From an uncultured Candidatus Rokubacteria bacterium (GTDB lineage: Bacteria > Methylomirabilota > Methylomirabilia > Rokubacteriales > CSP1-6), in NCBI GenBank assembly GCA_963789955.1, contig CAWBMV010000034.1:1-64000 (forward strand): a stretch of 64,000 bases of DNA, written 5' to 3'. Position 1 is the stretch's first letter. Every line of letters starts with the position of its first letter. Below are positions 43,191 to 53,164 of this stretch, piece after piece. Below the pieces are notes generated by a model that did not search any database, was not told the origin of the DNA, and was given only the letters and a program-made list of their open reading frames with translations. Position numbers and translations under genes: made by a program.

Positions 43191-44204
43191 ATGAGGCGAG
43201 TCCTGACCTTGGTCCTGGCGACTCTTCTGGTCGTTCCGTCCATCGCGCCCGGCGCGCCGACCTCGGCCCCGGATCGACGTCTCAACCCCGATGAGATCTC
43301 GGCGTTCCCCTCGTTCGTGCGGCGCGTCGAGCCGGCGATCGTCGGGCTCCGCGTGCGCAACGCCGAGAACGCCGCATCGTCGGCGCGGCTCGGCAGCCGC
43401 CGCTTCGGCAGCGCCGTGATCTTCGACGCCCGCGGCTACGCGCTCACGGTGAGCTATCTGCTCCTGGACTCGATCGAGCTCGAGGCGCGCGGCCGTGACG
43501 GGCGCGCCGTGCCGGCGCAGGTGGTCGGCGTCGATCTCGACACCGGGCTCGGCGTCGTCAAGCTCGAGGGGGACGGCCCGTGGCCGATCGCGACGCTCGG
43601 CGATTCGCGCGCGGTCGTCGCCGGCGCCCGAACGGGCACGGTCGGCGTCGACGAGGACAATGACCTCATCCAGGTGACGGGCGCTGTGAACGCGGTCAAA
43701 CGGTTCTCGGCCTACTGGGAATACATGCTCGACCGCGCGATCATCGTGGCGCCGGCGAGCCCGCAGTGGGGCGGCAGCGCCGTCGTCAACGACCGGGGCG
43801 AGCTGATCGGGATCGCGTCGCTCCGGCTCGGCGAGCCGCCGCACGTGAACCTCGCGATCCCCATCGAGAAGTTCGTGGCGGTGAAGGACGAGCTGATCGA
43901 GTCAGGTCGCATCGCGAGCCGGCCGCCGCGGCCGTGGCTGGGCCTCTACACCGTGGCCCTGCCCGCGGGCCTCTTCGTCAGCGAGCTCTCTCCCGTGGGC
44001 CCGGCGTCGCGCGCCGGGTTCCGGCAGGGCGACCGCATCTTGAAGATCAACGGCGTCGCGGTCGCCTCCCAGGAAGAGTTCTACGAGCAGCTCTGGTCCC
44101 GGCGCGCCGGCGACCTCATCGAGCTCAGCGTCCAGCGCGACAATCAGGTTCGGACCATCTCGGTGCCCTCGGTCGACCGGCACGGCCTCTTTCAGGTCCG
44201 TTAG
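43191..44204 (+). CDS. S1C/HtrA-like trypsin-fold + PDZ protein lacking canonical catalytic His and Ser
   Basis: GSAVIFD..ALTVSYLL, PQWGGSAVVNDRGELIGI, PWLGL and PDZ. Confidence 0.8.
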   Translation: MRRVLTLVLATLLVVPSIAPGAPTSAPDRRLNPDEISAFPSFVRRVEPAIVGLRVRNAENAASSARLGSRRFGSAVIFDARGYALTVSYLLLDSIELEARGRDGRAVPAQVVGVDLDTGLGVVKLEGDGPWPIATLGDSRAVVAGARTGTVGVDEDNDLIQVTGAVNAVKRFSAYWEYMLDRAIIVAPASPQWGGSAVVNDRGELIGIASLRLGEPPHVNLAIPIEKFVAVKDELIESGRIASRPPRPWLGLYTVALPAGLFVSELSPVGPASRAGFRQGDRILKINGVAVASQEEFYEQLWSRRAGDLIELSVQRDNQVRTISVPSVDRHGLFQVR

Positions 44205-44233
44205 CCCCGCTCCGTCGGGGTAGACTCTGTTCG

Positions 44234-45637
44234 ATGAAGGACGCCGAGGGACCCTATCAGGGGCGCGGTCTCATCGCCGACCCCATCCATCAGTACATCC
44301 TCTATACGCGTCCCGGCGGCATCCCCGGCGAGGCGACCGAGCAGGATCTGATCGACACCTCGTGGATGCAGCGGCTGCGTCGCGTGCCGCAGCTGCAATC
44401 GGCGCGCTGGGTATACCCGGCGGCCGAGCATAGCCGCTTCCAGCACTCCCTCGGCGCGATGCATCTGGCCGGGCGGCTGGCCCAGCAGCTCTATCCGTCG
44501 CTGCGCTCGGTGTTCCCCGACGCGCCGTCGGCGCCGCTGATCGAGGAGCTTCTGCGCACCGCGGGCCTGATCCACGACATCGGCCACGGCCCGTTCGGCC
44601 ACTTCTTCGACGACAACTTCCTGGTCGACTACGACCTGACCCACGAGCTGGTCGGCCAGCGCATCATCCGCGAGGAGCTCGCGGACTTGCTCCGCGGTCT
44701 GCGCCGGAGCCCGAGCGGCGCGTTCGACGCCGGCGAGGTCATCGACCCGGAGTGGATCTGCTACCTGATGGGGAAGAGCTACACGCAGCCGCTCACGTCG
44801 CACCCGAAGTGGCTCCCGCACCTGAAGCCGCTGCTCTCGGGCGTGTTCACCGCGGACAACATGGACTACGTGCTGCGTGACGCCTACATGTGCGGGGTCG
44901 CGATCGGGCCGATCGACATCGACCGCATCATCTATTACTCGTTCTTCTCGGAGAAGGGCCTCACGCTCGATCGCGCCGGCCTGCAGGCCTTCACGATGTT
45001 CCTGAACGCCCGCTTCTACATGTACACGAACGTCTACTACCACCGCACCACGCGCGGGATCGACCTGCACCTCAAGGAGATCTTCCGCGACACGATGCGG
45101 ATCGCGTTCCCGTACGACCTCCGTAAAGAGCTTCAGCCGTATCTGCATCTCACCGAGTGGACCTTGCTGGAGGACGTCGGACGGTGGCACGACGACGGCG
45201 ATCCGGACAAGCGGCGCCTCGGCGCCGAATGGCGCTACATCCTCGACCGCAAGCTCAAGTGGCGGATGTCGAGCGAAGAGGTGCTCGATCAGTTCGAGGC
45301 GCGCAAGGGCCAGGGATTCCTCGACGTCGACACCGTGAAGAAGCGCGTGCGCACCTTCCTGCCCTCGGCGCTGCGCGATCTGCCGTTCGAGATCGACATG
45401 GCGCTGCAGGATCCACGGCCGCTGAATCCGCTCAAGATGGGCGACCGCCAGATCTACGTGTACGACTCCTCGAAGCGTGTCTCGGAGGAGCCGCTGACCG
45501 AGATCTTGAAATACTTGCCGGGCAAGGTCGCGCAGTGCCGCATCTTCGCGATGTCCCACGAGCACGACCTCGAGCTGGCGCGGGCGCTGCGGCGCGCGCT
45601 GAGCGAGGAACCGCCCTCCATTTCCACGAACGTCTGA
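44234..45637 (+). CDS. HD-domain phosphohydrolase (SAMHD1/dNTP triphosphohydrolase-like family)
   Basis: DPIH, MQRLRRVPQL, AEHSRFQHSLG, HDIGHGPFGH, DNMDYVLRD, NVYYHRT. Confidence 0.88.
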   Translation: MKDAEGPYQGRGLIADPIHQYILYTRPGGIPGEATEQDLIDTSWMQRLRRVPQLQSARWVYPAAEHSRFQHSLGAMHLAGRLAQQLYPSLRSVFPDAPSAPLIEELLRTAGLIHDIGHGPFGHFFDDNFLVDYDLTHELVGQRIIREELADLLRGLRRSPSGAFDAGEVIDPEWICYLMGKSYTQPLTSHPKWLPHLKPLLSGVFTADNMDYVLRDAYMCGVAIGPIDIDRIIYYSFFSEKGLTLDRAGLQAFTMFLNARFYMYTNVYYHRTTRGIDLHLKEIFRDTMRIAFPYDLRKELQPYLHLTEWTLLEDVGRWHDDGDPDKRRLGAEWRYILDRKLKWRMSSEEVLDQFEARKGQGFLDVDTVKKRVRTFLPSALRDLPFEIDMALQDPRPLNPLKMGDRQIYVYDSSKRVSEEPLTEILKYLPGKVAQCRIFAMSHEHDLELARALRRALSEEPPSISTNV

Positions 45638-45653
45638 CGTATGATCGGACGCG

Positions 45654-45705
45654 GTGCGCGCCGCAGGCCGTCGCAGGGCTGGGCCCCGCCGGCCGGGGCG
45701 CGCCT
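45654..45705. repeat. Degenerate copy of the 62-bp REP-like core
   Basis: gtgcgcgccgcaggccgtcgcagggctgggccccgccggccggggcgcgcct after the HD gene stop. Confidence 0.8.
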
Positions 45706-45713
45706 CTAAACGG

Positions 45714-46295
45714 ATGAGCGTGACGGTCCATCACCCGCGCCGGACCGGACGACGCGGCATCGCCGTCGAGACCGGGCTACCCCCGGCGTGACCGACCGCC
45801 TGTACTGGCCGAGCTGGGTTGTTTGCGGCCTTCCTGACCGGGATCGTCGGCGGCTTCATGCTCGGCCACGCGCTCATCACGGCGCGGTTCCTGGACTGGC
45901 TGCTGCTCTCGGGCGCGCCGGCGCTGAGCCAGGCGTATCCGACCTTTCGCGGGTCAGCCGGGCGGTCGGGGCTCACGGCCTACTACGCGGTGGCCGGGCT
46001 CCAGGTGATCGGGACCAGCGCGTTCCTGCTCGTGTCGCTGGTGGCCCGACGTCATCGGAGCGCGGCGCTGGTGGCGGGTGTCGCGGGAGCGCTCTGGATC
46101 GCGGTCCACTATGCGTCGGGATTCGGGGCGCTCGAGGGGCGCGTGCTCCAGAGCACGGCGCCGGTGGCCCCGGACGTGGCCCGTCGATTCGTCGACTGGA
46201 ACGTGCCGATTCACTGCGCGCACGCAGTAACCTTGGCGGTGGCGCTGGGCGCGCTGCTCTCGGTGCCCCTGGCGCCGCTGCGGCGGAGAGGCTGA
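45714..46295 (+). CDS. Hypothetical membrane protein; probable 5' frameshift
   Basis: Four hydrophobic helices in 45819-46295; upstream ATG 45714 is out of frame. Confidence 0.55.
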
Positions 46296-46329
46296 GGGAA
46301 GCGGTCGAGGGAGGAGAGGGAGAAGCGGG

Positions 46330-47503
46330 ATGGAGAAGTTTCGGGGCGTCGACTACTACGCGATCGAAGGCTTGCTGTCGGAAGAAGAGCGGATGATCCG
46401 CGACGCGGTCCGCGACTGGGTCGAGGCCGAGTTCCTGCCGCTCGATCACGGACCATCATCGCGCCGGCACGTTTCCGGTCGAGCTCATCCCGAAGCTCGG
46501 CGAGCTCGGCGTCTTCGGCGCCACGCTCAAGGGCTACGGCTGCGCCGGGCTCAACAACGTCGCCTACGGCCTGATCATGCAGGAGCTCGAGCGCGGCGAC
46601 TCCGGCCTGCGCTCGGCGGCGTCGGTGCAGAGCGGGCTCGTGATGTACCCGATCTACACCTATGGCTCCGAGGCGCAAAAGGACACGTGGCTGCCCGCGA
46701 TGGCCCGTGGCGAGAAGGTCGGCTGCTTCGGGCTCACCGAGCCCGACCACGGCTCCGACCCGGGCGGCATGAAGACGCGCGCGAAGCGCCAGGGCGACAG
46801 CTACGTCCTGAACGGCACGAAGCTCTGGATCACCAACGGCTCGATCGCCGACGTCGCGGTGGTGTGGGCGAAGGAGGACGACGGCGAGATCTACGGCTAT
46901 CTGGTCGAGCGCGGGACGCCGGGATTCGGGACGCTCGACATCCACGGCAAGTTCTCGATGCGCGCCTCGATCACGTCCGAGCTCTCGTTCCAGGACTGTC
47001 GCATCCCGCTCGCCAACAAGCTCCCGAACGTGAAGGGGCTGCGCGGGCCGCTCGGCTGTCTCAACCAGGCGCGCTACGGCATCGCGTGGGGCGCCGTCGG
47101 CGCGGCGATGGGCTGCTACGACTGGGCGCTCCAGTACTCGCAGCAACGCATCCAGTTCGGCAAGCCGATCGGGACCTTCCAGCTCGTGCAGCAGAAGCTC
47201 GTCACGATGATCACGGAGATCACCAAGGCGCAGCTCCTGTGTCTGCAGCTCGGCCGGCTGAAGGACGCGGGCCAGGCTCGCCCGCAGCAGGTCTCGATGG
47301 CCAAGATGAACAACGTGCAGATCGCGCTCGACACGGCGCGGCTCGCGCGCGACATCCTGGGCGCGGCCGGCATCGTCGACGAGCATCCGGTGATCCGGCA
47401 CATGATGAATCTGGAGACCGTCAACACGTACGAAGGGACGCACGACATCCACACCCTCATCATCGGCCGTGACATCACGGGCCTCGATGCGTTCGGGATG
47501 TGA
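46330..47503 (+). CDS. Glutaryl-CoA dehydrogenase-like acyl-CoA dehydrogenase; frameshift near 46449
   Basis: QELERGDSGLRS..SVQSGLVMYPI, GCFGLTEPDHGSDPG, NLETVNTYEGTHDIH. Confidence 0.88.
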
Positions 47504-47561
47504 GCATGCGCGCCAGACGGGATCGACGAGCCGCGGCCTGTAACACGTACAGGGGGATCTC

Positions 47562-48377
47562 ATGCGGGTGCTGATTGCGGACGACGACGCGGATGTCCGA
47601 GAGGTGCTCGTCGAGTCCTTTCGGGACGCCGGCTTCGACGTCCTCCAGGCGGCGAACGGGCTCGAGGCTCTGCTCTGCGTCAAGCGCGACCGGCCGGACG
47701 CCGTCGTGCTCGACCTGATGATGCCGCGGCTCGGCGGGGTCGAGGCCCTCAAGCGGATTCACGCGTTCAATCCGGGCATCCGGGCGCTCGTGGTCACCGG
47801 GGCCATCGACAGCGAGCTCCATCGTCAGGCCACCCTGGCCGGCGCCGCCGGCGTCTTCGCGAAGCCGGTGTCGGCGGCGACCCTGGTCGCCGCGCTCGCC
47901 GGCCCCTCGCGGGCGCCCGCTCCGCAGCCGGCGGCGCCCTCGCCGCCGGCTCCCGCGGCGACGGGCGGCGCGCGGCCGACCGGTCGCGTCCTCGTGGTGG
48001 ACGACAACCCCGAGGTCCGGGCGATGCTCGAGGACGTGCTGACCTCGCTCGGGTACGCGACGCGCTCCGCGGCCGACGGCGCCACCGCGGTGCGCTCGGT
48101 GCTCACCGAGGCGCCCGACATCGTGCTGCTCGACGTCTACATGCCCGGGCTCAGCGGCGTCGGCGCGCTGCCGACGATCGTCGCGCTCGCGCCCAACGCG
48201 AAGGTCATCATGATCAGCGGCGCGGCGAACGAAGACGTGCTGAAGCGCTCGCTCGCCTTCGGCGCGCACGACTACGTCACCAAACCGTTCGAGATCTCGA
48301 GCCTCTCCCGAGCGCTCGAGACGGCTCTCGCGATGCGTCGTCTCGAGACCGGCCCCGAGACCACGAGCGGCGGCTAG
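47562..48377 (+). CDS. Response regulator with two tandem receiver domains and no output domain
   Basis: VLIADDD..VVLDLMMP..KP, Pro/Ala linker, VLVVDDN..LLDVYMP..KPF. Confidence 0.9.
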   Translation: MRVLIADDDADVREVLVESFRDAGFDVLQAANGLEALLCVKRDRPDAVVLDLMMPRLGGVEALKRIHAFNPGIRALVVTGAIDSELHRQATLAGAAGVFAKPVSAATLVAALAGPSRAPAPQPAAPSPPAPAATGGARPTGRVLVVDDNPEVRAMLEDVLTSLGYATRSAADGATAVRSVLTEAPDIVLLDVYMPGLSGVGALPTIVALAPNAKVIMISGAANEDVLKRSLAFGAHDYVTKPFEISSLSRALETALAMRRLETGPETTSGG

Positions 48378-48430
48378 CTCGGCGCGTGGTGGTCGGCGGG
48401 CATCGGGGAGTGGTGTAACATTGGAAGGCC

Positions 48431-49660
48431 ATGGCTGATTCCGAGCCCGCCGTCTACAGCGCGCCCGTCTCGTCGGGCCTTCTCGCGTCGGCGGCGCAGG
48501 TCGTTCGACCGAACACGAAGCTGATCGCGCTCCTGTCGATCGGCCACTTCGTCGTCGATCTGAACCAGGGCTCGCTCCCGGCCTTGTTGCCGTTCTTGAA
48601 GTCGGCCCATCAGCTCTCGTACGCGGCGGTGGCGACGATCGTGCTCGCCGGGAACGTGGCCTCGTCGATCGTGCAGCCGCTGTTCGGCTACTTCGCCGAT
48701 CAGACGGCGCGCCGCTGGATGCTGCCGGCCTCGGTGCTGCTGACCGGTGTGGGCTTCGCGCTGCTCGGGATGGCGCCGAGCTATGCCGCGCTGCTCGCCC
48801 TGGTGGTGGCCATGGGCCTCGGCGTCGCCGCCTATCATCCCGAAGCCTACAAAACGGCGACCAGCGTGGCGGGCGAGCGGAAGGCCACCGCGCTCTCCTG
48901 GTTCTCACTCGGCGGCAACGTCGGCATCGCGCTCGGGCCGCCGGTCATCACGGCGCTGGTGACCGTCGTCGGCCTGACCGGGAGCCTCGGTCTGCTCGTG
49001 CCGACCCTCATCGCGTCGCTGCTGCTGCTCACGGTGCTGCCCGCGTTCTCGCAGAGCGCCGCGCCCCGGGCGGCCGCCGCGGCCGCGGCCCGCGGCGTCA
49101 ACATGCCGCGCGCCATGGCGCTGCTGATCCTGGTCGTCACGATTCGCTCGTGGACGACGCTCGGCTTCACGACGTTCGTGCCGTTCTACTACATCGACAC
49201 ACTCGGAGCCGATCCGCGACTCGTCGGGCCGCTGCTCTTCGTCTTTCTGGGCGCGGGCGCGGTCGGGACCGTCATCGCGGGGCCGTTCGCCGACCGCTGG
49301 GGCCCGCGCGCCTTCATGCAATGGGTGCTGCTCGCCGCGCTGCCGTTCGGCGCGCTCTTCTTGCTGACGCGCGGCGTGCTCGCGTTCGTCATGCTCGGCA
49401 TCTTCGGCGCGCTCCTGACCTCGAGCTTCACGGTATCCGTGGTCCTGGGCCAGGCGTACCTGCCGCGCAACGCGGGCATGGCCTCGGGCCTGATCGTCGG
49501 GTTCGCGATCGGCGCGGGCGGGCTCGGCGTGACCGCGCTCGGCTGGGTCGCCGACCGCTACGGGTTGCCGGCGGCGCTCTGGATCAGCGCCCTGACGCCG
49601 TTGCTGGCGGTCGCGGCGACGCGGCTCCTGCCGGCTCCGAGAGTCCAAGAAGCCCGGTGA
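48431..49660 (+). CDS. MFS transporter (Fsr-like)
   Basis: HFVVD, QPLFGYFAD, YHPEA, GGNVGIALGP; about 12 TM helices. Confidence 0.88.
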   Translation: MADSEPAVYSAPVSSGLLASAAQVVRPNTKLIALLSIGHFVVDLNQGSLPALLPFLKSAHQLSYAAVATIVLAGNVASSIVQPLFGYFADQTARRWMLPASVLLTGVGFALLGMAPSYAALLALVVAMGLGVAAYHPEAYKTATSVAGERKATALSWFSLGGNVGIALGPPVITALVTVVGLTGSLGLLVPTLIASLLLLTVLPAFSQSAAPRAAAAAAARGVNMPRAMALLILVVTIRSWTTLGFTTFVPFYYIDTLGADPRLVGPLLFVFLGAGAVGTVIAGPFADRWGPRAFMQWVLLAALPFGALFLLTRGVLAFVMLGIFGALLTSSFTVSVVLGQAYLPRNAGMASGLIVGFAIGAGGLGVTALGWVADRYGLPAALWISALTPLLAVAATRLLPAPRVQEAR

Positions 49661-50505
49661 ACGACGGCCTTCCGTTCCAGGACGGCGAGCAAGTCTTGCT
49701 CACCGATCAGCGTGGCAAGCGACACCTGATCTTTCTGCGCAAGTCGGAGACCTTTCACTCCGACCGCGGGTGGGTGCCGCACGACGCGATCATCGGCCAG
49801 CCCGAGGGCAGCTGGGTGCGCAGCTCGATGGGGTTGCGCTATCTCGCGCTGCGCCCGACGCTCGCCGAGTACGTCCTGGAGATGCCGCGCGGCGCCCAGG
49901 TCATCTATCCCAAGGACCTGGCGATGATCCTGTTCTGGGCCGACGTCTACCCGGGCTGCCGCGTGCTCGAGGCCGGCACCGGCTCGGGTGCCCTGACGTT
50001 GGCGCTCCTGCGCGCCGTCGGCCCTGAAGGCCGCGTCATCACCTACGAGCAGCGCGACGAGTTCGCGCGCCGGGCGCTGGCCAACATCCACATGCGGCTC
50101 GGCGAGGTCGCGAACCTGATGGTCCGCCTCCGGCCCGTCGAGGACGGGCTCGCCGAGGAGGATCCGGTCGACCGGATCGTGCTCGATCTGCCCGAGCCGT
50201 GGAAGCTGACCGCGCTCATGGCGAAGACGCTCCGGCCCGGCGGGATCTTCCTCTGTTACGTGCCGACGATCGTGCAGTCGCAGCAGATCGCCGAGACCCT
50301 GCAACGCGAGCGGAACTGGGCGCTCGTCGAGACGTTCGAGACGCTGTACCGGCCGTGGAACATCGAGGGCCAGTCGGTCCGGCCGTTCCATCGCATGGTC
50401 GCCCACACCGGATTCATCACCGTCGCGCGACGGGTCGTTCCCGAGGAGCCCGGCGCGCCCGACGCGCGACTCAGCCGTCACCAGCCGGACGTCGGAGACC
50501 GCTGA
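49657..50505 (+). CDS. trmI: tRNA (adenine58-N1)-methyltransferase
   Basis: MPRGAQVIYPKD, VLEAGTGSGALT, LDLPEPW, HRMVAHTGF. Confidence 0.9.
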   Translation: MNDGLPFQDGEQVLLTDQRGKRHLIFLRKSETFHSDRGWVPHDAIIGQPEGSWVRSSMGLRYLALRPTLAEYVLEMPRGAQVIYPKDLAMILFWADVYPGCRVLEAGTGSGALTLALLRAVGPEGRVITYEQRDEFARRALANIHMRLGEVANLMVRLRPVEDGLAEEDPVDRIVLDLPEPWKLTALMAKTLRPGGIFLCYVPTIVQSQQIAETLQRERNWALVETFETLYRPWNIEGQSVRPFHRMVAHTGFITVARRVVPEEPGAPDARLSRHQPDVGDR

Positions 50506-52406
50506 TGATCACGCTGATGCGGCGCTTCCGCAAATCGCTCCAGATCGGCCTGCTCGTGATCATCGCGGCGTTCGTCGCCTCGCTGTTCGTGTTCGGCGCG
50601 ACCGGGTCCCGCTCCGGCGGCGGGGGCGAGCCGCGCGATTCGGTGGCGACGGTCAATGGCGAGACGATTCCCATCGAGCGGTTCCAGCGGCGCTATCAGT
50701 CGTACCTCGAGGCGTACGCGCAGATGTATCGCGACCGCTTCTCGACGGAGCTGGCCGAGCGAATGGGCCTGCCGCAGCAGGTCCTCGGCGATCTCGTGCA
50801 GGAGGCGCTGATCGTCCAGCGGGCGAACGCCGAGGGGCTCTCGGTCAGCGACGAGGAGCTGAACGCGCGGATCAACGCGATCCCCCTGTTCCAGGAAAAC
50901 GGCCGCTTCGCGATCAAGCGATACCAGGAGGTCCTCAAGCGGCGCGGGTACACCGCCGCCGCGTTCGAGGCCGAGATCCGACGCGAGCTGACACGCGCCA
51001 AGGTCGAAGCGGCGATCCGGAGCGGCGTCAAGGTCTCGGAGACCGAGCTCGAAGAGGCGTTCCGCCTGCGGCGCGAGGAAGTGCGCGCGTCGTGGGCGCT
51101 CGTGGAGCTCGCGCCGCTGCTCGCCGGCGCCAACGCCACCGACGAGGAGCTCACGGCCTATCTCACGCAGCATCCCGACGAGTTCCGGCAGCCCGACCGC
51201 CGTCGCGTGCAGTACGTGACCTTGAACCCGAAGGACTTCGCGGGCACGGTGACCGACGCCGACGTCGAGAAGTTCTACACCGAGCACGCCAGCGAGTTCG
51301 AGACGCCGCGCCAAGTGCGCGCGGCCCACGTGCTCGTTCGCGTGCCGGAGACCGGCGGCAGCGCGGGGGAGGACAAGGCGCGCGCGAAGGTCGCCGACGT
51401 CATCCGCCGCGCAAAGGCCGGAGCGGACTTCGGCAAGCTCGCGCAGGAAGTCTCCGAGGATACGGCGACGGCGCCGCGCGGCGGCGATCTGGGGCTGGTG
51501 GGCAAAGGTGAGATCGTGCCGGAGTTCGAGAAGGCGCTCTTCGCGCTGAAGAAGGGCGAGGTGTCGCCCGAGCCGGTTCGCACCCCGTTCGGCTTCCACG
51601 CGATCAAGGTGCTCGAGATCCAGGAAGGCGGCCGCAAGCCCGTGAAAGAAGTCGCGGCGCAGATCCGGAGCCGGCTCGCGGCCGAGGCCGGCGATCGCGC
51701 GATCAAGGCGAAGGCGGAGGAGATCCGGCCGCCGCTCCAGGCCGCGCAGGACTTCAAGACCGAAGCGCGCAAGCTCGGGCTCCAGCCGATCGAGACGACG
51801 ATGGCCAAGATCGACCGGACGACCGGGCTCGCCGGGCCCGATCCGCTCGAGGAGGCGGCGTTCTCGCTCGCGGTGGGCGGGGTGTCCGCGCCGGTGCAGA
51901 CACCGGTCGGGCTCGTCTTACTGAAGACGACCGCCGTCATTCCCGCCGGGGTGCCGCCGCTCACCGAGATCAGGGACAAGGTCGCCGCCGCGGTGCGACG
52001 CCAGAAGGCGGAGATGGTCGCCCTCGAGCGGGCGAAGCAGCTCGCCGCCGACGCCCAGGCCGGCGATTTTGCCGCCGCCGCCAAGAAGGCCGGGGCGGTC
52101 ACCGGAGAGACCGCGCGCTTCTCGCGCGCGAAGCCGGCCGAGAAGCTACCGGGAGATGCGATGCTGTCCGCGCTGCAGACGCCGGCCGGCCAGCTGAGCG
52201 CGCCGATCAAGGCGCAGCAGGGGTACTACGTGGTGAAGGTCCTGGAGCGGGTGCCGCCCGACATGGGCGGACTCGCAGCGGAGCGCGAAAAGATCCAGAA
52301 GGAGGTCCTCGTGCAGAAGCAGAGCCTCGCGTGGGAGTCCTGGATCAACGGTGCGCGCGCGAACTCGAAGATCGAGACCCACTTGCCCGCCTCGCGGCGC
52401 GGCTGA
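50505..52406 (+). CDS. ppiD: PpiD/SurA-type parvulin peptidyl-prolyl isomerase
   Basis: N-terminal TM, SurA N domain (VATVNGETI), VRAAHVL..GGDLG..PEFEKALF..TPFGFH. Confidence 0.85.
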   Translation: MITLMRRFRKSLQIGLLVIIAAFVASLFVFGATGSRSGGGGEPRDSVATVNGETIPIERFQRRYQSYLEAYAQMYRDRFSTELAERMGLPQQVLGDLVQEALIVQRANAEGLSVSDEELNARINAIPLFQENGRFAIKRYQEVLKRRGYTAAAFEAEIRRELTRAKVEAAIRSGVKVSETELEEAFRLRREEVRASWALVELAPLLAGANATDEELTAYLTQHPDEFRQPDRRRVQYVTLNPKDFAGTVTDADVEKFYTEHASEFETPRQVRAAHVLVRVPETGGSAGEDKARAKVADVIRRAKAGADFGKLAQEVSEDTATAPRGGDLGLVGKGEIVPEFEKALFALKKGEVSPEPVRTPFGFHAIKVLEIQEGGRKPVKEVAAQIRSRLAAEAGDRAIKAKAEEIRPPLQAAQDFKTEARKLGLQPIETTMAKIDRTTGLAGPDPLEEAAFSLAVGGVSAPVQTPVGLVLLKTTAVIPAGVPPLTEIRDKVAAAVRRQKAEMVALERAKQLAADAQAGDFAAAAKKAGAVTGETARFSRAKPAEKLPGDAMLSALQTPAGQLSAPIKAQQGYYVVKVLERVPPDMGGLAAEREKIQKEVLVQKQSLAWESWINGARANSKIETHLPASRRG

Positions 52407-52414
52407 GCCCATCC

Positions 52415-52636
52415 ATGGCGAGCCTGACTCGAGCGAAGGTCGAAGTCATGGACAATCAGGTCGAAGCCGCGCTGAAGACGCTCAAGAAGGTCATGATCAA
52501 GGGTGGTCTCTATCAAGAGATGAAGCGGCGCGTGTACTACGAGAAGCCCTCGGTCAAACGCAAGAGGAAGCAAGCCCAGGCCCGCAAGAAGCGCCGGCGC
52601 GCGCTGAAACGCTCGCGGGTCGATGACGAGGAATAG
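52415..52636 (+). CDS. rpsU: 30S ribosomal protein S21
   Basis: VEAALKTLKK..EMKRRVYYEKPSVKRKRK. Confidence 0.92.
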   Translation: MASLTRAKVEVMDNQVEAALKTLKKVMIKGGLYQEMKRRVYYEKPSVKRKRKQAQARKKRRRALKRSRVDDEE

Positions 52637-52671
52637 CGACCGGGCGGCCCGCGTGATAAGTTAAGAGCGCC

Positions 52672-53154
52672 ATGTCGATCCAGCGCACGCCGATGACGCG
52701 CCCGGGGTTCGAGCGCCTGCGCGACGAGCTCGACCGCTTGAAGCACGTCGATCGGCACGCCATCATCAAGGCCATCGCCGAGGCGCGGGCGCACGGCGAC
52801 CTCTCCGAGAACGCGGAGTACCACGCGGCGCGCGAGAAGCAGTCGTTCATCGAGGGCCGCATCGCCGAGCTCGAGGGCAAGGTCGGCGCCGCCGAGGTCA
52901 TCGATCCGCCCACCTCGGGCGACCGCATCACCTTCGCCTCGACGGTCCTGCTCGAGGACGAGAACGGCAAGGAGATCCGCTACCAGATCGTGGGCTCGGA
53001 CGAGGCGGACCCCGCCAAGGGACGGATCTCGATCATGTCGCCGCTGGCGCGCACGCTCATCGGCAAGAACGTCGGCGATCACGTGACCGCGCAGCTTCCG
53101 GCCGGCAAGAAGACGTTCGACATCGTCAAAGCCAACTTCCCCTGGACGGACTGA
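52672..53154 (+). CDS. greA: Transcription elongation factor GreA
   Basis: [32 protein letters not shown]. Confidence 0.95.
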   Translation: MSIQRTPMTRPGFERLRDELDRLKHVDRHAIIKAIAEARAHGDLSENAEYHAAREKQSFIEGRIAELEGKVGAAEVIDPPTSGDRITFASTVLLEDENGKEIRYQIVGSDEADPAKGRISIMSPLARTLIGKNVGDHVTAQLPAGKKTFDIVKANFPWTD

Positions 53155-53164
53155 GGCCAGAGCC

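Noticed and set aside
44234..45637. HD protein as an anti-phage dNTPase defence system
   Set aside because: It belongs to a widespread HD family and sits in a housekeeping context with no defence-island neighbours.
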